From the IMG/VR virus record IMGVR_UViG_3300020197_002285: DNA of 20,000 nucleotides; one strand, given 5' to 3'. The stretch comes from an uncultured virus (IMG/VR IMGVR_UViG_3300020197_002285). Lineage: Duplodnaviria; Heunggongvirae; Uroviricota; Caudoviricetes. The notes under the pieces are model-generated. The model was not told the DNA's origin. It searched no databases and was given only the letters and a program-made list of their open reading frames with translations. Shown here piece by piece: positions 1 through 7,926 of the stretch. How positions within the stretch are numbered: position 1 is the first letter of the stretch; every line of letters starts with the position of its first letter. The position numbers were made by a program, and so were the translations under genes.

Positions 1-310
1 AATCACTCGGCTCAACCCAAAGCACAGTTTCTCGACACGTCTCGCTAAAATGTGATAAAGACAAACTTTTAAGTTCTGCGCCGACAATTTCCTCAAACTT
101 CAAAACAAATCCGGCGACATTAACGCCTTGCTCTGCTTTGTGAGAGAAATAGAAACCGGCGATACCTTCTTTGAACTTACCCAAAAATTGTTCTCGGCAA
201 TGGTCCCAATACAGCGATTTTTCGCCTTCCGCTTCTAATGCGAATTGTCCTTCTGCGGGAGCCGAATAACACTGACTAAAAGGCTTCTTATCGCCAAAGG
301 TAACTTTCAT
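1..310 (-). CDS. Hypothetical protein, partial (runs off the window start)
   Basis: Not in the ORF track. I translated it from ATG 310-308: MKVTFGDKKPFSQCYSAPAEGQFALEAEGEKSLYWDHCREQFLGKF...TVLWVEPSD, open to position 2. It overlaps the stop of the upstream ORF by 23 nt. Confidence 0.75.
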   Translation of the reverse strand, partial: MKVTFGDKKPFSQCYSAPAEGQFALEAEGEKSLYWDHCREQFLGKFKEGIAGFYFSHKAEQGVNVAGFVLKFEEIVGAELKSLSLSHFSETCRETVLWVEPSD

Positions 311-1079
311 AATTTAAATCACCTATTAAGACAACCCTACATCCTGCATCAATATCACCATCCAATTTTTTGAAAGAAATGTTGCTGCACGACAAAGATT
401 TCTTCCTTTTAATATTTATAGTTGGAGGTTGAATACTTCTAGGAACAACCTTTTTTTCTTTCCAGTTTAACATCAAATTTAGTTTATACTCGGTATTATC
501 TTTACTTTTGAAAATAATGTTTCCAGAATCATACCGTCCACGAGGTAATTCATGGAGATGCTTTATTGTATCTGCGTCTAACGTAAATAAAAAACTTTGG
601 GAACTAAAAGTGTTATGAGAAGCCCGTTCGCAGAGTTTGATATAGTTGCCGTGAGATATGACGTAACTTTCGATATTTTTGTGAAAAAACATTACGTTAA
701 TATTCTGAAAGTGTTCAAACCTACAAGTGTGCCCATTCGGGTTAACAACTGACAAAAGACTGTTATTCTCGGCGTATTCCGACTCTCTCAGAATGCAAAG
801 CGATGCATCGAGCGGGCCAGATGCAATATACAATTCACCCAAAAACAAATCGAGATGGGCCAGAACTTCTGGAATGTGCGTGCGATAAGCCAAAGAAATG
901 GCTTTGGAAGATTCTTCTCTTTTTTCCAAGACAAGAAAATCACTCAGCACATTTATTTCAGCTTCATCGTATTCTGGCAGAGATAGCGATATATTTAACT
1001 TCTGATTGCCAGAAAGTCTAACTAAATTGTTCTTGGTTATGGGATTAACAATTTTGATTGCAGCGTATTCTCTAAGCAT
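288..1079 (-). CDS. Hypothetical protein (263 aa)
   Basis: Long ORF in a co-directional cluster; no recognisable motif. Confidence 0.7.
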   Translation of the reverse strand: MLREYAAIKIVNPITKNNLVRLSGNQKLNISLSLPEYDEAEINVLSDFLVLEKREESSKAISLAYRTHIPEVLAHLDLFLGELYIASGPLDASLCILRESEYAENNSLLSVVNPNGHTCRFEHFQNINVMFFHKNIESYVISHGNYIKLCERASHNTFSSQSFLFTLDADTIKHLHELPRGRYDSGNIIFKSKDNTEYKLNLMLNWKEKKVVPRSIQPPTINIKRKKSLSCSNISFKKLDGDIDAGCRVVLIGDLNYESYLWR

Positions 1080-1654
1080 TTTTCCTCAATCAATTTGGAC
1101 AACCACCCTGAGTAGCAGCCGACCCAAATTAAAATTTCCTCTCTCCAAATTTTCAATATTGCTGGTGTATTAACAGACATATAATTACAGATTTCTTTGT
1201 AGTTCTGCATTCTAAAACTATGAGAGTTGTCTTCGTCTAAAGTATCAAAAAGAACAGCCTTTATTGATTGAGGTTGGTTTTTGAACCAAGAGTCAAAAAT
1301 ATAAACAAACATCTCCCATGCAGCAAACAGGCACCTTTCTGATGGCACTGGTCGCTGGTCAGAAGTAGCTATCCAATCAAGAAGATAATCTTCGTACTGA
1401 TCCCAATAAACGCTAACGGACGAAATTCGGCCAAATATGTGGCCTTGTTCGTAAAATCCGTCACGAATTGGGGAAAGATGTGTTATGACATAATTGCCCG
1501 GCCCACGGGGGTTTTCAACCCAAAATATTTTCAGAAAACTATAATGGTAAACCATTGCACCGTAAGTCTGCAAAAATACAGAACCGTTGGTGCAATGGTT
1601 TATTATAGGGATTTTCAGCCCGTGACGAGCAAGATATTCTTCATACAGCTTCAT
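1037..1654 (-). CDS. Hypothetical protein (205 aa)
   Basis: Long ORF whose start overlaps the upstream stop (TAATG); no recognisable motif. Confidence 0.75.
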   Translation of the reverse strand: MKLYEEYLARHGLKIPIINHCTNGSVFLQTYGAMVYHYSFLKIFWVENPRGPGNYVITHLSPIRDGFYEQGHIFGRISSVSVYWDQYEDYLLDWIATSDQRPVPSERCLFAAWEMFVYIFDSWFKNQPQSIKAVLFDTLDEDNSHSFRMQNYKEICNYMSVNTPAILKIWREEILIWVGCYSGWLSKLIEEKCLENTLQSKLLIP

Positions 1655-2259
1655 TAAGAACCTTTGGGAGTAATCTCCGAAGGCTTTTTCATCCCCGGCG
1701 AAGTTCGCATTGGTGCTTCCTCAAGTTTTGGCGGGGCAACCGCAGGTGGAGTCTTCTCCATCTTTTGGATCATTTCTTTAGTTCCCGTTACTCTTGGAGG
1801 CTGTTTCTTTTCGGAAGTATAACTGATAGGATTTTTGCCATTCCATCTCTCACCGAAATCATAGTCCAAACCATAAGTCACAAAACCGCCAGAATAAGAT
1901 TGGTCAATCAGTGGGGCAATTCCATTGATGATAGGGATCGTCGTTCTTTTGCCGTCCGGCAAACAAGCAACAACATATTCTTTTGTTCGCACCGTGCCCC
2001 TATAATGAATATTTTGATATTCAGATTTTACCAGAACAGTACAAGGGGCAGGAGCGGTGTAAATCGAAGCATAAATCGGATCAGAATAGTACGGATCAGA
2101 ATAGTACGGATCAGAATAGTACGGAGCAGAATAGTACGGAGCAGAATAGTACGGAGCAGAATAGTACGGAGACACATAACACTGGCCATGAGCGAACGTG
2201 GCTACTGAAAAAAAGAAAATTGCGGCAATAATGACTTTTGTCGGGGAAAAAAGTTTCAT
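1654..2259 (-). CDS. Secreted protein with (PYYSA/D)x6 repeat and Pro/Lys-rich tail
   Basis: Signal-peptide-like N-terminus MKLFSPTKVIIAAIFFFSVATFAHG followed by the repeat; ATGA overlap with the upstream ORF. Confidence 0.8.
   Translation of the reverse strand: MKLFSPTKVIIAAIFFFSVATFAHGQCYVSPYYSAPYYSAPYYSAPYYSDPYYSDPYYSDPIYASIYTAPAPCTVLVKSEYQNIHYRGTVRTKEYVVACLPDGKRTTIPIINGIAPLIDQSYSGGFVTYGLDYDFGERWNGKNPISYTSEKKQPPRVTGTKEMIQKMEKTPPAVAPPKLEEAPMRTSPGMKKPSEITPKGS
2082..2171. repeat. 15-bp tandem repeat CAGAATAGTACGGA(T/G) x6
   Basis: Six consecutive units read directly; encodes PYYS(A/D) on the minus strand. Confidence 0.97.
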
Positions 2260-2486
2260 TTTTTCAATTCCTCAAAAAATTCTCGTGATTGATATATGTC
2301 GGTACAAATCGACCAACACCCACCGTTGGCGTCAGACCAAACCAATGGGAAACCTTCTGGAACGGTTTCCAGAATATCAAACAAGTGACCCAGACTTTTA
2401 GCTCGCTCTACCGAGCGATGAAAGATCATCGGGTGCAGGCTTGGATACCGTTCTTTTAATTTCGTCACAACATTGGTGTCTAACAT
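2256..2486 (-). CDS. Hypothetical protein (76 aa)
   Basis: Co-directional ORF coupled to the downstream gene. Confidence 0.75.
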   Translation of the reverse strand: MLDTNVVTKLKERYPSLHPMIFHRSVERAKSLGHLFDILETVPEGFPLVWSDANGGCWSICTDIYQSREFFEELKK

Positions 2487-2548
2487 TGTCCAACCAAGGT
2501 TAGAATAATATCAAATCAACGCTTGAATTTCAAGAGAAAGAAACTTAA

Positions 2549-2848
2549 TTATCTAAGTTTCTTTCCGCTAAAGAAACTTCTTGGGCCTTGGGATGAGTTC
2601 TTGAGATTCCACCATCTCCAAGCAGCACAAGCGATTACGCCGCCAATGATACCCATTAAAAGGCCGGAAGGCTCAAATGAGGAGGCTCCCATGTCGAGCA
2701 ACCAGTTGATGCCGCCCCCAATGTAGGAACCAGCAACGCCGATTCCAATGGTTGGGAAAAGCCCCACAGGGTCTTCACCCGGATGAATAGCCTTAGCTAT
2801 AAGGCCAACTATAAGGCCAAAAATTCCCCAAATCATTAAAGTAAGCAT
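2549..2848 (-). CDS. GlsB/YeaQ/YmgE family (transglycosylase-associated) membrane protein
   Basis: WGIFGLIVGLIAKAIHPG...TIGIGVAGSYIGG...LMGIIGGVI three-helix pattern; AGGAG RBS upstream. Confidence 0.88.
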   Translation of the reverse strand: MLTLMIWGIFGLIVGLIAKAIHPGEDPVGLFPTIGIGVAGSYIGGGINWLLDMGASSFEPSGLLMGIIGGVIACAAWRWWNLKNSSQGPRSFFSGKKLR

Positions 2849-2878
2849 ATTAGACTCCTTTTGTATGTCTTGCCCTAT

Positions 2879-3778
2879 TTATCGTTTTACAGGTCTAATT
2901 TCCAAATAAGTATCAGGCGTTTTGGAAGCAAAAACTTCACGATACAAATCCTTCATATATCTCAAATATGATTGATCGAACTGCGAATAACTGTTAAAGC
3001 CATAAATTATGAGCAAAACATCCTTGGGGCTATTTCTGGCCGACATACGCAAAAAGCCTTGCATTTTTGCTTCCCCGAATTCTTTACGCAAAAATAAGCA
3101 TAAAGCCGCAGACTGACAGTCAAATATTCGTTTATTTTCAGCAGAGGAATTTTCATATTCATCCTCTGTCATAGAGAACATCTTTTCCGAAATAAAAATA
3201 GGCTGATCCTTCTGAATGTGTCCGCCCAAATAAACAATATCTGTGCGAATATCTGAAATTGTGCCATTCAATAAGGTCATACCATTCTTTGCAAAAAATG
3301 GCAAAGCTACATTGTATTTTTGTTCAAATTCAGCAAAACATATTTTGCTTAATTGCTTGGGAACCACACGGGCAGGCTTGTCATCCAATACAAGCCACAT
3401 GGCCGTAACTTCAATTGTACCGTCCTTACGGCGAACTTCAACCTTAGATTCATCAAGGTTGAATAGCTTCTTAAATAAAGCCTTATTGGGTACGCAAAAG
3501 ACACGACATTCCTTGGTGAATTGAAAGTCGGGAAAACCCCATCTTTCGATACACCAAGTCTTGATGTTATCAAGATTCTCGCTCATCCATTTGCCCTGAG
3601 CATTGTCAATACTCATAATAACAAAATTCTTCGACGTATATCTGTTCCACACCAAATCTTTAAGTGCAGGATCAGTTGGGTTTTCTTGGGCAACTGCCTT
3701 TGACACAGCAAAATTGCTGATTGACACAACCAGTGCTACCAAAACAAGCCAAGAAATAAATCGACGTGCAAATTTCAT
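2879..3778 (-). CDS. Secreted peptidase-MA/DUF1570-like protein lacking HExxH
   Basis: Signal peptide; motif order SKNFVI ... LPFFAKNGM ... FDCQSAALCLFL ... YGFNSYSQFDQSY resembles planctomycete zincin-like proteins; AGGAG RBS. Confidence 0.55.
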   Translation of the reverse strand: MKFARRFISWLVLVALVVSISNFAVSKAVAQENPTDPALKDLVWNRYTSKNFVIMSIDNAQGKWMSENLDNIKTWCIERWGFPDFQFTKECRVFCVPNKALFKKLFNLDESKVEVRRKDGTIEVTAMWLVLDDKPARVVPKQLSKICFAEFEQKYNVALPFFAKNGMTLLNGTISDIRTDIVYLGGHIQKDQPIFISEKMFSMTEDEYENSSAENKRIFDCQSAALCLFLRKEFGEAKMQGFLRMSARNSPKDVLLIIYGFNSYSQFDQSYLRYMKDLYREVFASKTPDTYLEIRPVKR

Positions 3779-3793
3779 AAAATCTCCTTGCGT

Positions 3794-4336
3794 TTACGCA
3801 ACTTCGGCCCACAATTCTGATTTTGCTTCCTCCCAATATTGACGAAGATTGTTGCGGGAGGCAGACAATATTTGAGACACCCTAGATTCATGGACGCCCA
3901 TGCCATCAGCTATGTCTTTAATTTTGACTTCTTCAACGTAATGAAGTCGCAAAATCTTCTTGTTAATAGAGGGAAGCGGATCAGTAATTTTCTCAAAAAC
4001 ATCGACCTTTTCTTCTACCTTATCATTATAAGTAAGTTCTTCCTGAGACTCAAAAGATTCTGCTTTTACGGGGTTATTTCTCGAACCCCAAGAAAGCTCA
4101 CGCATATAATCTTTGATAGCACCAAAAACACGATAAGAAGCGAATATTTCAAAAGAAATGCCTAAATTACAATCAAATTTCAAAGCAGCTTCAGAAAGGC
4201 CCAAATAAGCAGCAGATTTCAACTCGTCATAATTTAAGAAAGAAGCCTTTTTTTTGGCGAAACGAGCGAGTTTGTGGGCAAGAGACAGATGAGAAACAAC
4301 GAGATTCTGTTGTTCAATAGATAATTTACCAGTCAT
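3794..4336 (-). CDS. Compact sigma-70 family RNA polymerase sigma factor, FliA/WhiG-like
   Basis: Region 2 DELKSAAYLGLSEAALKFD...FASYRVFGAIKDYMRELSW; region 4 HTH IKDIADGMGVHESRVSQI. Confidence 0.9.
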   Translation of the reverse strand: MTGKLSIEQQNLVVSHLSLAHKLARFAKKKASFLNYDELKSAAYLGLSEAALKFDCNLGISFEIFASYRVFGAIKDYMRELSWGSRNNPVKAESFESQEELTYNDKVEEKVDVFEKITDPLPSINKKILRLHYVEEVKIKDIADGMGVHESRVSQILSASRNNLRQYWEEAKSELWAEVA

Positions 4337-4411
4337 TTTATAGTCCTTCAGTCAAAAAGTTAAAGTTAAAAAGTTGAAGTTAAGCTATACAGTAAACTTA
4401 AAGTCAAAAGT

Positions 4412-4439
4412 ATTATAGTTAATTTATCTATTCGTTCAA
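4412..4439 (-). promoter_or_regulatory. Sigma70-type promoter for the sigma factor gene
   Basis: Minus strand TTGAAC (4439-4434), 16-nt spacer, TATAAT (4417-4412). Confidence 0.6.
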
Positions 4440-5497
4440 GAGTATTTTTTGACTGGATCGGAGATAAAATTTAGGTGTTCAGCAAAGTCTTTTTTGGTGG
4501 GAATAAAAATGACAGGCGCTGCTCCCCGGAGAAGGGCGGAAACGAAAGGTAGCTTAACAGGGTGACCTGCGTATCTCCAGCTTTTTAGATGGCACATAGA
4601 ATATTCAAAATCTGGATTGTTTACAATTCGTTCAAGTAGCCAAATTTTGGTCTTCAAAAGACCTTCACTCAATATCGTAAATTTATTTGAATGCCCCAAT
4701 CCCAAAAAATTCATGGCCTCAGAAACTGTAGGGCAAACGCTACAATCTGGTACAGGAGCGTCTTTGGCGTATTCGATAAAATTCAAAAATAAACGAACCC
4801 AATTTTTAATTTCATCGGAATCGAGAGTGCCTTCCGGCCAACGAAGTTCGATTGTTCTTCGATTAAAAGTTTTTTGTTTTACAGCACGACAATAATTTAC
4901 CAAATTCAAAGTCACTCGTCTATCATTGTTCTCGTAGTATGACATATTCGTGGGCTTTAAAGCATCATAAATCATCAAAGGTTCCAATTTAAGATCGAGG
5001 GGCGAATAACCAAAAACCAATGTTTTGGGGCAGAGCATTTCGCAATAAGGATTGTCAATTCTTCTTTTCGGCAATGCCAAAGCAAGGAAAGGTTCGAGTT
5101 TTAACCAAAACAACAAAATGCGACCAACCTGTTCTTCGCACAAATCAGAAGCATCTGCGTGAATGTGTAAGCCACAATTATTGTTGACCTTGACGCCTTT
5201 TTCCATCAAATGGTCGGCAATATCACAAATGTGATTAAGGTCTTGAATGCCGCTGGCAATAAAACTGGCAACTTCGATCCCTTTTGGACCACCTCTGCCT
5301 TCGACACCACAAGTGGAATCGTCCTTGACATGCCAATAAGTGTTGTTTGTGCTGAGATTATATCTCGACGTGTACACGCTTTTGTGTGACACACCAAGTA
5401 TGTGGCGGCGAATCGTTGGCTTTTTTATTTCGTTACCGACTTCAAGTTCGACACCGAACCGCCGCTCTGTATCGAACTTGCGAAAAAGACACTCCAT
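4436..5497 (-). CDS. Putative amidoligase (COOH-NH2 ligase, Amidoligase_2-like)
   Basis: Motifs RFGVELE, WHVKDDST, GIEVAS, CGLHIH, TIELR. Confidence 0.88.
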   Translation of the reverse strand: MECLFRKFDTERRFGVELEVGNEIKKPTIRRHILGVSHKSVYTSRYNLSTNNTYWHVKDDSTCGVEGRGGPKGIEVASFIASGIQDLNHICDIADHLMEKGVKVNNNCGLHIHADASDLCEEQVGRILLFWLKLEPFLALALPKRRIDNPYCEMLCPKTLVFGYSPLDLKLEPLMIYDALKPTNMSYYENNDRRVTLNLVNYCRAVKQKTFNRRTIELRWPEGTLDSDEIKNWVRLFLNFIEYAKDAPVPDCSVCPTVSEAMNFLGLGHSNKFTILSEGLLKTKIWLLERIVNNPDFEYSMCHLKSWRYAGHPVKLPFVSALLRGAAPVIFIPTKKDFAEHLNFISDPVKKYS

Positions 5498-5545
5498 AAA
5501 ACTTCCTCTTCAATAAACACAAGCATTATCCGAAGAGAATGAATG

Positions 5546-5851
5546 TCATTCAAGGTCCGTTAGCCCAGGCTGACCTCTTTCTTTTCTAATTTGCCGCTGG
5601 ATTAAATCTAGTTCTTCTTCGTATTTTTGATCCCACGTTTTCGGCTTTACAGGCAATACTTCTCCCTCTTCTCCCTCTTCTCCCTCTTCTTCCTCTTCTT
5701 CCTCTTCTTCCTCTTCCATTATAACCGACAACACATCGTCAACAAAACCACGAAGACGAACGAGAAATGCGGCCAAATAAATCAAAATAAACAAGTTCAA
5801 AAGGCTGAGTGCGGACAAAACACAAATTGCGATCAATAACATAAGTTCCAT
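5546..5851 (-). CDS. Single-pass membrane protein with poly-Glu tract
   Basis: Hydrophobic N-terminal helix, then an EEEEEEEEEEGEEGEEGE tract; GAGG RBS. Confidence 0.8.
   Translation of the reverse strand: MELMLLIAICVLSALSLLNLFILIYLAAFLVRLRGFVDDVLSVIMEEEEEEEEEEEGEEGEEGEVLPVKPKTWDQKYEEELDLIQRQIRKERGQPGLTDLE
5659..5717. repeat. ~9-bp pyrimidine tandem repeat TTCT(C/T)CCTC, about 6 copies
   Basis: Read directly; encodes the E/EEG tract. Confidence 0.85.
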
Positions 5852-5858
5852 AATTACC

Positions 5859-7919
5859 TCAAATTGAAAATTGTGGTTGCTTCTCAGGTATTATGAAAGT
5901 AATGTCTGTTTTATTCAAGTTGTCTTTGACATAATCTTCGCTTATTCTGATATTCAATTTATTTGAAAACCAGTAATTATTTTTGAATAAACCAATATTG
6001 TCATAGAGATTAACCACATTAACAAAGATATTTTCTCTTGTAGAAACAGTTTGCCGCCTCGTATCAAATTGGAACGAGAAATCGAGGCCATCTCGGTCTG
6101 CGGTCAAGCAAATTTCTTCGGATGGGAAAAGAATCAACAAACGTGTGTCAAAATCCAAATTTGTAGTTGTATTTCTTCTCGTAAACAACAAAGAGAATTT
6201 CCACACGGAAGAAAAGAAATCATCATTTGCATATTTCGACGTACACGACCAATCCACATTGATTCGCCAAGATTCCAAATTATTCAAGTTGTCGGCAGCA
6301 ATTCCACTATAATGGAGAGTTCCCTGCCAAGAATTTAATCTTTTATTGTAAAACAACGGGAACGATTGCGGAACTGTGTAACCGTTTCTTTTCAAAAACT
6401 CTCTGAATTTGGCTCCGAATTCCAAATTGTGTTTGAAATTTAGTTTCAAATCAACCTGATTGCACTCGCCACAAGATGTATTTACTGTCTGAGTTAGGGG
6501 AGCAATAGGTGGCGCTTTTAAACCATCAATGGAATAATTAACTTCTAATGTCTCAATATGAGCGCCTATACCCATATTTATATCATCAGTTGGGCGATAA
6601 CTAGAAATAATGCCCGCTCCACCACCCAAAACAATATTTGGATTATAATAAGGCTTGTACTTCAACTGAGCTAATCTATAATCAGCGATTCCACCCAAAG
6701 TAATTGGTGTGTCAGTCAAAGCTGTATACCAGAAATCCCCACTTATTGAATTTCTATTTGGAGCAACACCACCTAAAGTAATAGGAACAGAATCGTCAAC
6801 AACATAAAAAATATTCAAATTGTGGGCTACGGCTGACCCGCCCATGATAATTCCGCCAGAGCCATCGTAGTGCCAATCTGGGGATGCAACACTTGATTCT
6901 CCACCGATAGAAATACCACCGGAGCTACGATAAAGATAATCAATTATGTTCGCACGAGCAGTTCCAGAGATTGTAATTCCGCCCGAAACTTTGGCCAAAA
7001 TTGGGTAGCCAGCAAAACCACTCATCCTAATGCCAGCGTATGTGGGATATACGTCACTCTTTCCATTAGAAACATAAACTGGACGAGGATAAGTTTTTGC
7101 GACATCAGACATTGTGATGCCACCCGTAGCCTTGTAGTGCCACTTTGAAGATTTAACATTGGCGTTGCCGCTCAAAACTATGCCGCCCGCCGCCGTTGTA
7201 TTCCAATTAGAAGAGGTAACACCTATTTCACCAGAAACTTGTATTATGCCATTTCCGGTGTGAGAGCAAACAGAAAGTTTTGGATAACAAAACGCTTCGC
7301 CTGATATTTCAATTTCACCGGAGCCTGTAACGTGTCTAACCGGATCATGTCCACCGGATATTTTTATACCACCTGTGCCAGCATACGATGACCTCAGAGT
7401 CAACATTTTTCCCGCAGACATGCCCATGTGGGTGGTTGCATTTGTATGCAGGCAAAATTCAAAACATTCCGGTATCTGGCAATATTCAACCTCATCCAAA
7501 GTATTACACTCTGGTGGTTTAGAATCACCTGTGACAACTAAATCAAGAGCTTCTGTTGAGAATTTCTTAATGCTACATATTGGCCACTTCCAGTTGGTTT
7601 TGGCAAGAAAATCACAGACTTCACCCAGATTGCGAGCAAATATAGTTTGCAAAAATCTTTGCCCGCAATTAACTGGATCATTGGTATCGAGAGGCAAGAT
7701 TTCGCAACCGCTATAAAGCCCGTCATTCGGCTTGCAGCATCCTTCAACTTGATAAACTTTTAGCGGTGGTTCTCCAACATCCCATACAAAATCTTGGACC
7801 ATATCGAAATAACTGTGAATATCCCATTCAACATCCATAGAATAGGCGGCTATAAATGAGGATTTTGCCTCACCACCAATTACAATTTCTCCAGAGCCAT
7901 CGTAGTAGTAATCTGCCAT
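5859..7919 (-). CDS. Probable virion structural/fibre-like protein with Gly-rich beta repeats (686 aa)
   Basis: Roughly a dozen degenerate (Y/H)xG(S/T)GGIx(I/L)(S/G)G units, a Cys-rich N-terminal region and a distinct C-terminal domain. The function is inferred. Confidence 0.55.
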   Translation of the reverse strand: MADYYYDGSGEIVIGGEAKSSFIAAYSMDVEWDIHSYFDMVQDFVWDVGEPPLKVYQVEGCCKPNDGLYSGCEILPLDTNDPVNCGQRFLQTIFARNLGEVCDFLAKTNWKWPICSIKKFSTEALDLVVTGDSKPPECNTLDEVEYCQIPECFEFCLHTNATTHMGMSAGKMLTLRSSYAGTGGIKISGGHDPVRHVTGSGEIEISGEAFCYPKLSVCSHTGNGIIQVSGEIGVTSSNWNTTAAGGIVLSGNANVKSSKWHYKATGGITMSDVAKTYPRPVYVSNGKSDVYPTYAGIRMSGFAGYPILAKVSGGITISGTARANIIDYLYRSSGGISIGGESSVASPDWHYDGSGGIIMGGSAVAHNLNIFYVVDDSVPITLGGVAPNRNSISGDFWYTALTDTPITLGGIADYRLAQLKYKPYYNPNIVLGGGAGIISSYRPTDDINMGIGAHIETLEVNYSIDGLKAPPIAPLTQTVNTSCGECNQVDLKLNFKHNLEFGAKFREFLKRNGYTVPQSFPLFYNKRLNSWQGTLHYSGIAADNLNNLESWRINVDWSCTSKYANDDFFSSVWKFSLLFTRRNTTTNLDFDTRLLILFPSEEICLTADRDGLDFSFQFDTRRQTVSTRENIFVNVVNLYDNIGLFKNNYWFSNKLNIRISEDYVKDNLNKTDITFIIPEKQPQFSI

Positions 7920-7926
7920 TTAACCT

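Noticed and set aside
2082..2171. CRISPR array (also considered for 19702-19771)
   Set aside because: Head-to-tail 15-bp units with no spacers, in frame within coding sequence; no cas genes.
6856..7907. Diversity-generating retroelement TR/VR pair (CCAGAGCCATCGTAGT occurs twice)
   Set aside because: A 16-nt match explained by the protein's own YDGSG repeat; no adenine-specific mismatch pattern and no reverse transcriptase in the window.
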